Assembly (NCBI GenBank): GCA_964016885.1
Contig: OZ024742.1
Coordinates: 63,798,001-63,862,000 of the forward strand
Source of the DNA: Eledone cirrhosa
Taxonomy: Eukaryota
Direction of reading: 5' to 3'
DNA length: 64,000 nucleotides
Below the pieces are notes generated by a model, which had not been told where the DNA came from, ran no database searches, and saw only the letters and a list, made by a program, of their open reading frames with translations. Made by a program: the position numbers and the translations under genes. Below are positions 1 to 9,853 of this stretch, piece by piece; the first letter of the stretch is position 1; every line of letters begins with the position of its first letter.

Positions 1-401
1 ATTTACAATATTCCTTTCGTCAGGTCGCCAATTCCAGCAGCATGGATTAAAGATGTTATTGAGACACGAATAACATAACAACGACTTCAACCGCCGTAAT
101 TAGAGATGAAATGTTTGTTTATTTATATGGTTGAAGTTACAGATAAAAAGAGGTTACAAAAGGGAATGTGCCATTGCGCCGTTAAGCCGGCGAGGCTAGG
201 GATGCAATATCTCACTGTTACATTATGCGTGTTGCTGGCTTGAAGTTTCCGGTACAAGAGCGAGATTCTTCAAATCTTCGCGGGGAATTTCTTCCTCAGG
301 GCGCGTAGGGATACATCCTCTTCTACTGGCGCTGATTGGCTGAACTGAGCCAAATCACGCACAGAGAATGTATGTGAGCCCGCGGAATGTAGGTCACTAC
401 A
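1..401 (-). repeat. 3' LTR (partial)
   Basis: Matches 2141-2541 except positions 202, 292, 338; starts TG on minus strand. Confidence 0.85.
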
Positions 402-416
402 TCACCTCCAACCAGA
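402..416 (-). promoter_or_regulatory. Polypurine-tract-like site
   Basis: Minus strand reads TCTGGTTGGAGGTGA immediately before the 3' LTR TGTAG. Confidence 0.55.
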
Positions 417-599
417 TTTTCAGCCGAAAATCGATAACGAAGAAACCAAGGACCCACATATTATTGAATCAGCAAGAACAAATGCTGAAAGAGCACATCA
501 GTGAAAAAATAATTGAGCAGAAGGTTGCATGCAAGAACAAAAAATGAGGCGCTACGGGCTGTGTTGAGCCGCTGTGTCAAATGACCAATTGTTTTGTTG

Positions 600-850
600 T
601 TTATACGTGACCGCCAAAGGTCTAACACAAAACGGATAAAGTCTGACATGGGTGAAGTTGCCGTTCTTGCATTAAATGTTAATGGTAAGCGTTGTACCAG
701 TAACTGTGAACGAAGCTATTATGGTAGTTTACCAGTGCTGGCGAGAAAATGATGGCCCCCAGATGTATTGTCGAATGTGCTCCACCAGGAAAAAATGGCT
801 GGTTGCTTTGTAAAGAAAGAAAAGGCAAGTTTAATCTGTAGGTGGGTTGC
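600..850 (-). pseudogene. Degenerate Gypsy gag remnants
   Basis: Minus-strand frames give QIKLAFSFFTKQPAIFSW and LRSQLLVQRLP, resembling the KLPPFW..P..WF and LR.LFLQRLP motifs of CsRn1-type Gag; frameshifted. Confidence 0.45.
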
Positions 851-1974
851 AGTGTAAATTCCATAATTCGGGCGAATCCACAGAAGTGACTGAAATATTG
901 ACAAGTCCAGTTCAATTTGTTGCCTTCCCAGCGAGTCGGGCAAAAACAACAAGACGGATGGCCGTCATGGACGATCAGTGTGCAACGAGATGCGAAGCTG
1001 TTTGAGTTCAGCTGCAATTAGAATTCTCGTGTTGCGGTGCCTGTTTGAATCCAGTGGATTAAGCTCTGTGAGCTGCTAGCATGTGACAGCATCTCAACCA
1101 GGTGAAAAGGGACTCGCAGAATATTACGTTTGAAGAACATATACCAAGAACAACATGTTGGTGTGTAATAAAAAAAATGTGTGCATATGCAGGCATGTAA
1201 AACAGCAAAGAATGTGAATGAACAAAAACCATGAGCAAACAAATAGCAAAAGAGCACAAAACAAGTAAATGCATTCTACAAAGAAATATGTGAATGTAAC
1301 AAACTGATAATTCAAAGTCAATCTAGGAGAGCAGAGAAATTGCTCAATAAGTTCAAAGTTTTTCAAAGTCAAATAGTTCACACATCACCAGTGTACAGAC
1401 ACTAGTTCTATCTGAAAACTGAAAAAGAAGTTTGTTAATGCCGTTAGGGGTTAGATGTATGGTGTTTTTGTGAGATTTCGTGGCCATCTTACCGTCCTGC
1501 CACACGGTAGTGTTGCTTATTGTTAAAGCAATGTCAAAGAATCTTCTGTAGAGTAGGAGTCACCAAATATGGCAGTCACGTCTGACGTCATAATGGTGAG
1601 AAAACTACTATCTCAATTTCTCGCGTCCCTGCGGTAACGAGACAGAAGGTATGGTGGTTGCGTCGGTAAAGTTACAAGCCGTTTTGAAATTTCCGATGTG
1701 TGGTGGTTGGCGTCGGTAAGGTTATGAAGCTGCCACTCACTGTTCCCTGTATTGGTCAGTGGTTAAACAACGCTGTCGTTGCTGCTGTCATTGTTGTTGT
1801 CAAGCGTAGCCATGACATGTCGGTAGCCATCTTGAAATTTTTTCGTGGCGAAAAAGTTTTTGAAATACTGCTAATTTTTCAAAAATCTTAAAAGGAATAT
1901 TCTGGATTTTCGCAAGTTGCGACGTGGCAATAAAAGTTAAACTGAATGAATAAGAAGGGCTGCGTGATATTCTT

Positions 1975-1987
1975 ACGTCGGTCACCA
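1975..1987 (-). promoter_or_regulatory. Primer-binding site, tRNA-Trp-like
   Basis: Minus strand TGGTGACCGACGT versus canonical tRNA-Trp PBS TGGTGACCCCGACGT (2-nt deletion). Confidence 0.65.
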
Positions 1988-2541
1988 CTTTAGCAGTATT
2001 AGTTATAGATGTTATCGCCACTTTAGCAGGGTGGTAGAATCAGTGGTCGTTAGTTGCCAGTGTGGTAAGTGATAGTATCCTCGTTGGATTATCTTGTTGA
2101 CATAGACGTGAGGGAAGGTCCCTCGATCTATTTACCATCTATTTACAATATTCCTTTCGTCAGGTCGCCAATTCCAGCAGCATGGATTAAAGATGTTATT
2201 GAGACACGAATAACATAACAACGACTTCAACCGCCGTAATTAGAGATGAAATGTTTGTTTATTTATATGGTTGAAGTTACAGATAAAAAGAGGTTACAAA
2301 AGGGAATGTGCCATTGCGCCGTTAAGCCGGCGAGGCTAGGGGTGCAATATCTCACTGTTACATTATGCGTGTTGCTGGCTTGAAGTTTCCGGTACAAGAG
2401 CGAGATTCTTCAAATCTTCGCGGGGAATTTCATCCTCAGGGCGCGTAGGGATACATCCTCTTCTACTGGCGCTGATTAGCTGAACTGAGCCAAATCACGC
2501 ACAGAGAATGTATGTGAGCCCGCGGAATGTAGGTCACTACA
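1988..2541 (-). repeat. 5' LTR (inner boundary inferred from PBS)
   Basis: 2141-2541 matches 1-401; 1988-2140 cannot be verified because the partner lies outside the window. Confidence 0.7.
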
Positions 2542-2932
2542 GATATAATACATCCCATGACAGCTTTTACATGTCAATTTTATACATCTGCCTCTTGTCA
2601 GCTAGTTTTACACGCTAAAATCGTAGATATACTATACTTCCCACCTAGATTGATGTTGTGATTATTTCAAATAATTTATTGCTAGCATTGTTAGTATTGT
2701 TCTTATTGTTCTGATTGAATGCCATTACTACTATATATAGTAGCCATGCCTGTTTATTATTTTCATTCTCACAAGCTCCGATGAATTGACTGGTTATAAC
2801 TTTGTATTGGTGATCGAATAACGTGAAAATAAGCGGGTAGCGATCTCTAGACCTACCAGTTCAGAGAAACAATTGTCAGCAATGAGATTAAAACCTTTTT
2901 TGTACAGCAAACCGTGTCACTCTTCTTTCCTG

Positions 2933-2934
<2 letters not shown>

Positions 2935-3022
<88 letters not shown>
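2935..3022. repeat. (TA)n microsatellite
   Basis: Direct reading. Confidence 0.98.
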
Positions 3023-3027
<5 letters not shown>

Positions 3028-3090
3028 TATGTATTAACAACTGTCACTTTATGTAAAAGACTGTCTGATTACCAGTATGTCGTCAATTTG

Positions 3091-4107
3091 ATCGAGTGCC
3101 TTCAGGCGCTCACAGCCCTCTACCAAGTGGAAAGGGCAATCAGCGGAGTTTCCACTTCGACATTCTATAGGGGATTAGTGGAGGATAAGTGCGACGACGT
3201 TCTTGGGGAAACTCTAGGCATCGAGGAGGACGAACTGACCAGTCTGTTCGGGAGGACTTTCCGTCCAGAGCTTACGGATAACTTCCAGAGGCCTCTGGCC
3301 TGGCAGTGCTACTGAAGAGCTCTACCAGTTCGAGACAAAATCTACAGGCATGGACGCCCTGGAAGAGACCCTGCCAAAAGGACCTGTCCAAGATGCGAGC
3401 AGGACATCGAAACCGTTCTGCACGCAATTGTTCAGTGCCCAGGGGTGACCGACCTGTGGAATTATGTCGAATAGCTACTGTCACGTGTGGGACGCATCTA
3501 GTTGTCAGCCAAGTCCATCGTGAGGATCAACCCGCCGCCTTCATTTAAGAATGAAGGAGAGGCGGTTTTCCTCTGTCTGGTGGATATGGCGAAAGAGGTA
3601 ATATGGTGGACAGAAACAAGGTGCTTGAGGCTTTTGCACCCCCCGCTCCTATCAGCTACTCCCACACAATCCCAGGACTGAGGGAAAACACCTTTCTCCC
3701 CGGACAACAACTTATCCCCTTCTTTAAGTATCACTTCAGAAGGAAGGTGAGGGTGGAGAGAGAGGTGCTACACCCCAGTAAATTCGCTGAAAGGTGGGTG
3801 AATGTGGCGAAAATGGCCCGAGTGAATGGGCCTTCTCTGTATATAAACCTGTAGGTTGAGGAAGATAAACAGAGGGAAGACAGGAACACCTACAAAACGT
3901 GTTCCTGGTGTTGAGGGTTGTTCTATCCACGGGGTGTAAAACAACCCTGCAATAACGTTCCCCCCTATTGGGGATTTCAATTGTTATTTTATATATAGTT
4001 TATTGTTATTTATCAATGTTAAAGTTATATGATTTTTATGTAAAACCCCCACCGTCATGTCTTGTAATGTCCCATTTTTGTACGCCCCTGTGGCAAATAA
4101 GGAAAGA
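3091..4107 (+). mobile_element. Tx1-group L1-clade LINE copy A, 5'-truncated (ORF2 C-terminus + 3' UTR)
   Basis: FYRGL..DDVLGETLG..DNFQRPLAWQCY and ARVNGPSLYINL* align with copies B, C, D, F; stops and frameshifts; ends GCAAATAAGGAAAGA then TATC repeats. Confidence 0.9.
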
Positions 4108-4165
<58 letters not shown>

Positions 4166-4166
4166 C

Positions 4167-4214
<48 letters not shown>
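4108..4214 (+). repeat. (TATC)n tail/target between copies A and B
   Basis: About 26 TATC units directly after the 3' UTR of copy A. Confidence 0.97.
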
Positions 4215-4447
4215 ATAATCTAGCTGTCGTCTGTTCTACAGCGTAGACGTAATTCACTTCGCGCAGAAGTTTTGTTCCAATTTATTGCGGAAATTTTGTA
4301 AGTTCAATTTTAATTTTGATACTATTGTGTAGCTTGACCCCCCGTCTGAACTGTCAGGCGGTGGGTCAGCTCATCTTCGCCCCTCCCAGGGGTGAAAAAC
4401 CTGTTTTTAAAAATTTTGTGGCATAAAATTTCAATCGTCTGACAGAA

Positions 4448-6355
4448 ATGTTAAACGAAGCTAACGAAAATAGTGGTGGGGGGACAGCGGTAAGAGTTGT
4501 AAGCTCGCACACTTTAGTCCCCCCCCCTTCCTTCCCAACTAACGTCATAGAGAAGGAAAGAAAAAATAAAAGAAAAACAGACGAATGTGCGGAGAAAAAT
4601 GACGAAAACACAAATCTGGAGATTGATTCCAACAACAACAAAAATTTGAAAAAATTGCATGACAATATTAATACCACAAACAAAGAAACAACAAACACAA
4701 AAATAACATTTGAAAACAACATCATAACAGAAAGCAAAGCAGACGACAAAGTCAACACCAATAATATTTCATTTGCACAAACAACAAAGAAACCTTTAAC
4801 GTATATACCTGAAAATATTTCAGATGTGGCACAAAGAATAAAAAACGCCAAACAATACATAACTCAAGGGGAAAATGGTGCCTTATCGGTAAAAATGCCT
4901 CAAGAACTCACCAAAGATATTGAAAGTCGGACGGTCGTTTTCCGCACCATCAACAACATCTTTAAAAAACCTCAACAACCAACACAAGCAGAAATTAAAG
5001 CAGTACTTACAGAAGTACTTAATGAAACCACTTTCATAAGAAGAGACAGACTGTATGGAAGCCTAGCGATTATTATGAAGAACGAATCAGCGGCAAAAAA
5101 ATATGCTTTGTCGCCGATTCGTTCGACAAATTTTACCTTTTATCCATCTTATATGGGTAAAAGAACTCAGCGCATATGGATGGATGCGATGATGCCAGAT
5201 GTGGACTACTGCTGGCTCATAGCTGGCTTCATCGATCCAGTGAATGACAACGTGATTTCCATTGGGAAAACCACAGGCAATGCGTTCAGTGGAACAGGTA
5301 TAGAACTTGTAGTGCAAATGAAGCCTGAACGCATTGCCCAAATACCCGACAGAATCCTATTAGAGGGCCACGGGTATATAAACATTAGCATGGAGGGGAG
5401 AAGGCCGTCCTGTCATATCTGTGCAGGCAGAGGGCACCTGAAGGCGGCTTGTCCCCAACTCAACAAGAAGAAAACCCTGCTACCAACACCAGCTCCACCA
5501 CCACCACAACAGATAAACAAACAACAAAACTCAGTCCCACCCAACCCGTCCCTCAGTAAAACTACACCACCACCACAACACAAACAGACACAACACATTA
5601 CCCCAAAACAAAACACAGTCCCACCTAACCCCTCACTCAATAAAACAACACAACCACCGCAGCCACAACACACAACACAGTCTAACATAGTGACATCCAT
5701 CTCCCCCACAAAGAAAACCAACACGGAAACATTACCAGCAAACATACCTCTTCCCTCCAACACTGAAGATAACCCAACGAATTCGGAGGAAGAAACGGAG
5801 TCCTTCAGACAGATTAAAAGGAAAAAAAGAAAACATGTGCAAAACACACAAGGCCAAACAACCCCTACCCAAATGTCAACACAAACCAACAAAACACAAA
5901 ATACCCCTCCAGCAACAAACAAAACCAAACCTGCCCCTCCCCTCTTCGAAACACTCACACCATCCGAAAAAAAGACATTACACTATACTTACATCAACAG
6001 AAACAATAATAAATTAAATGAACTCATAAACAATAACCCTTCGGTACAAACCGAAGGGGTAAACTTTGTTTCTTCAGAAAACTACCCACATTTAAAATTA
6101 ATAAAGATCCCAATGAACCTCTACCAAAAACTAAAAAAGGATTTTAAGGAGGACGTAGGACCACCCTCTGTCAAACCCATAAACCGCGTCCTACTAAAAA
6201 GCTTTCCCCCTCCCCTTCCCCTTCCCAACACAACTCCAAACACTCCAACCCCACCACACACTGACGACCCCACACCACCACAAGACACCCCTTCACCCAA
6301 CACCCCAGACCCCATGGAAGTCGTGCGACCCGAACCCCGGGAAGCAGAAAGGTAG
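4448..6355 (+). CDS. LINE ORF1 (Gag-like nucleic-acid-binding protein, CCHC zinc knuckle), intact 635 aa
   Basis: Open frame; CHICAGRGHLKAAC knuckle; P/T/Q/N-rich tail with internal VPPNPSL repeat; homologous to ORF1 pieces in C and D; lies upstream of EN-RT. Confidence 0.9.
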   Translation: MLNEANENSGGGTAVRVVSSHTLVPPPSFPTNVIEKERKNKRKTDECAEKNDENTNLEIDSNNNKNLKKLHDNINTTNKETTNTKITFENNIITESKADDKVNTNNISFAQTTKKPLTYIPENISDVAQRIKNAKQYITQGENGALSVKMPQELTKDIESRTVVFRTINNIFKKPQQPTQAEIKAVLTEVLNETTFIRRDRLYGSLAIIMKNESAAKKYALSPIRSTNFTFYPSYMGKRTQRIWMDAMMPDVDYCWLIAGFIDPVNDNVISIGKTTGNAFSGTGIELVVQMKPERIAQIPDRILLEGHGYINISMEGRRPSCHICAGRGHLKAACPQLNKKKTLLPTPAPPPPQQINKQQNSVPPNPSLSKTTPPPQHKQTQHITPKQNTVPPNPSLNKTTQPPQPQHTTQSNIVTSISPTKKTNTETLPANIPLPSNTEDNPTNSEEETESFRQIKRKKRKHVQNTQGQTTPTQMSTQTNKTQNTPPATNKTKPAPPLFETLTPSEKKTLHYTYINRNNNKLNELINNNPSVQTEGVNFVSSENYPHLKLIKIPMNLYQKLKKDFKEDVGPPSVKPINRVLLKSFPPPLPLPNTTPNTPTPPHTDDPTPPQDTPSPNTPDPMEVVRPEPREAER

Positions 6356-6388
6356 GTCTCTACACTCTCCTTTGGCTTTGCCGCCCAC

Positions 6389-9380
6389 ATGGATGTGTTA
6401 AGAGTAAGATGTTTGAATGCACGTGGCCTGGGCTCAACTTGGAAGCAAGCAAAGCTTCTAAATGACCTCAGGTCACGGTATAAATGTAATGGTTATCTGT
6501 GAGACTCGAATCAGCGTCGTGCGGCAGCTGGCCCCTACCTTCGATGACTTTGAGGTGCATGCATCTCTCTGTCAATCTGGAGGTGGAGGTGGGGTTGTCG
6601 TACTGCTGGAAAAACACCTGGGTCTCGCCGTACAGGTTGTTCACTCGGACCCGCAAGGTCGTTTGTTGGTGCTAGACGTTGGCAGTAGTGAAGGTGCGGC
6701 CTTGAGACTGGTCGCCGTCTACTCCCCTTTCGGAGCTGAACGACCCGACTTCTTTCAGCGTCTGGAGACTTTTCTGGGAACGTCGCGTTCCCTGCTTCTA
6801 GCGGGGGATTGGAATGACATCCTAGATGCACGTTGGGACTATGCAGGAGCATGTCCTAATAGAGGGGGTGTAACAGCCTCAAGGGGTTACTCGACCGTTT
6901 TAACTTGGTCGATAGATATCGACTAGATTTTCCAACTGTGCCAACCTGGACTTGGACGAACCACAGTGGTCAATCTAGATCGTACTTAGATAGATTCTTA
7001 GTAAGAAGTAAGGATAGGGACATATTAAGCTGTCCAGAAATGCTCACGGTTGGCTATACAGATCACAAATTAGTGACCTGCGTAATCAATCTCGAGAAAA
7101 CACATAGACAGGGTCCCGGTTACTGGAAACTTAATTTGTCTTTACCGGCAAAAGAGACTTACAGAAACTGGATTAGCAGATTAGTTAAGGAGAGGTTGAC
7201 GGGTGCAATCGTCAACAACCGATGGTGGGCATCTCTCAAAAGAGAGATTAGAACAGAATCAATAAGTTATAGCAAGATGTTAGCTGCCGATAAGAATAGG
7301 AGCGAGAAAGAATTAACAGGTAAATTAGAAGAGGCAATCAAGAGCGAAGATGTGGCCAGAGTGCTGGCATCGAGGACGGCCTTGAGCCAGTTTTTCGATG
7401 CAAAGCACGAAGGCTGCGTCATTCGAAGTAAAATACGTGCTCTAGGTAATGAGGGGGCCAAAGCCGTTGGCAGAAGCTAAGAGTGGAAATCGATCCACCA
7501 TCCGGTCTTTGCAAGACGAGGATGGACGGGTGATCCAAGGTGTTAGCAAAGAGGTTGGCGCTTGTCGTGGGTGGCCTGGTGGGAGATGCGCAGACATGTG
7601 CTATCACATCCAGGTCCATTCACGACAACCTCCACCTCATGCGATACATCATAGAGAGGGTTGGCAACGAACCCGGCTTCGGTGGGGCCCTGATCAACTT
7701 GGATCAGTCTAAGGCCTTCGATAGGGTCGACCATGGTTACCTGGATGCGGTGCTAGCGGCGGCTGGGTTCGGTCTTGTTTTCAGAGGCTGGATCACTGCC
7801 TTACATAGCAACCACATCTGTTCTAGGATCAAGGTGAACGGCTACCTTTCGAAGCCGTTCGAAATCACACGATCCATTCGACAGGGGTGCCCTCTCTCCT
7901 CCCTTCTGTACGTATTGACTCTCGAGCCTTTACTGACGAAGTTGTAGTTGTTGCAGGGTATCCCCCTGGAACCAGGATTGAGCAAAGCGGTGTCGGCCTA
8001 CGCCGATGACGTAACAGCAATGGTATCGACCGACTCGGAGATCGAGGCGATCGGTACCTTACTGGAGGAATACGAAAGGTTGTCAGGAGCGAAACTGAAC
8101 CGGGAAAAATCCATCGGGCTGCAACTCAGAACGTGGAGAGGCAGACCGATGCCTCCCGACGGTGTCGTCGGACACTGGACGGAGGGCCCGGTGAAGTTGG
8201 TTGGGGTCTGGTTTGGACCGGACCTCCAGGTGGAAAAGAACTGGGGTGAGGTTACGAACAAGGTGTTTGCACTAACCCAGAAATGGGCCAAGTGTAAGCT
8301 GTCCCTAAAAGGTCGGGCGGAGGTGGCGAACATTTACATAGCGTCCGTCACTTACTACCGCCTGACTGTCGTGCCTTGCCCTAAGGAAACACTCACCACC
8401 ATGGAACGCATGCTCTTTCAATTTCTTTGGAAGAAGCGCCCTCCTATGGTGAGAAGATCCATCTGCTGCCAACAACCTTCGAAAGGAGGGCTGGGGATAC
8501 CGTGGTTGATGATGCGTAGGCACGCATTCAGGCTACGGCACCTACAGGTATTCCTCACTGGTCAACCGGTGTGGGCTCCGTTCGTGAAACGAGCCTTTCC
8601 GAGACTCGTCTCGCTCACCGAGCTGCAGTCCTGGGTCAAGCAAAGATCCGGAAAACTGGGAGACTGGCACACTGAGTGTGTCCAGGCGCTCAGGGCTCTC
8701 TGGCAAGCGGACCCGGCCATCGGTGGAGAATCCACCTCGTCACTCTATAGAGGGCTGGTGGCTAGCAGGGGCGATGACACCCTTGGAGAGTCGCTGGACA
8801 TGGAAGAGGACGAGCTGGCCAGCCTGTTCGGTAGGACTTTCGGCCCGGGACCAATGGACAACTTCCAGAAGTCACTAGCCTGGCAGTGCTACCGGGGGCT
8901 CTACCCGTTCGAGAAAAGCTCTACAGACACGGGCGCCCGGGCAGGGATCCCTCGAAAAAGATTTGCCCTAGATGCGTGCGTCACGAAGAAACCGTTGCGC
9001 ACGCATTGGTGCAATGTCCGGGCGTGGCTGATCTGTGGGGCTACGCCAAACGACTGCTGTCGCCGGTGGCGCCGATTTGATTGACCGCCGAGTCCGTGAT
9101 GACAATCAAGCCGCCTCCCCTCTTCACAAAGGAAGCAAAGGCGGTTTTTCTGTGCGTAATAACCATGTTGAAAGAGGTTGTTTGGTGGACACGATTGAAA
9201 GGTCTGAGGTCAGGCAACTTCCTCTCTGGCCATAGTCTGTTCTACTTCTTCCGATATCACTTCGGAAGAAGGATAATAATGGAGAGAGAGGTGCTTGGCC
9301 ACAGGCAGTTTTATGAAAGGTGGGTGATTGTGGCGAGAATGGCTCGTGTAAATGGGCCTTCTCTGTATACCATCCTGTAG
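6389..9380 (+). pseudogene. ORF2 (APE endonuclease-RT-zinc domain) of copy B, disrupted
   Basis: Starts MDVLRVRCLNARGL; frameshifts near 6476, 6865, 7470, 8898; ~430-bp deletion near 7535; stops near 7945 and 9078. Confidence 0.9.
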
Positions 9381-9600
9381 GTAAAGAAGTGAAGGAGAGG
9401 GGAGCACCTTCTCCATGTGCTCCCCGGGCAAAGGATTGCACACTTTGTCGGGGTCTGTGCAACCCCCCTCACGTCCCCTCCCTTTTGAGGTTGTTTTCGA
9501 TTATTTTCATTTTATACCCTTTTTACTCGGTTTTATGTAAACTCCCCCTTTGTATTTGTCCCTTCTTTTTATGCCTTTATGTATGGTAAATAAAGAAATA

Positions 9601-9634
<34 letters not shown>
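9601..9634 (+). repeat. (TATC)8 between copies B and C
   Basis: Direct reading. Confidence 0.97.
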
Positions 9635-9853
9635 CCAGACGTGTGTAACTTTGCGGAGAAGTTTCCGTTAATTTATGTAAGAAAAAACGTGAGTTTTCAG
9701 TTAAATTTTATATTATTGTGTAACTTGACCCCCGTCTGGACCTTCAGGTGGTGAGTCAACTCATTGTCGCCCCTACAGGGGCGAAATATTCGTTTGAAAA
9801 GTTTTTTCTCCATCGAATTTTTAAAAAAATATCGTAAGAAGTTTGATTACGTT

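Larger units (their letters stand above)
1..2541 (-). mobile_element. Non-autonomous Ty3/Gypsy LTR retrotransposon, CsRn1-like (3' LTR runs off window start)
   Basis: 1-401 repeats at 2141-2541 (3 mismatches); both copies begin TGTAGTGACC on the minus strand; PPT-like and tRNA-Trp-like PBS at expected positions; gag remnants but no pol seen in the ~1.6-kb interior. Confidence 0.8.
4221..9600 (+). mobile_element. Tx1-group LINE copy B, near full length
   Basis: 5' UTR, intact ORF1, disrupted ORF2 (APE endonuclease GDWN/SYLDR/TDH, RT DQSKAFD, QGCPLS, YADD, C-terminal CxxC..H..C), 3' UTR with AATAAA, TATC tail. Confidence 0.93.

Noticed and set aside
4323-4398. Hammerhead or HDV ribozyme call for the 5' UTR structure
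   Set aside because: Stem-GAAA is present but CUGANGA is not (CTCATCTTC / CTCATTGTC), and the candidate HDV catalytic C is T in copy B
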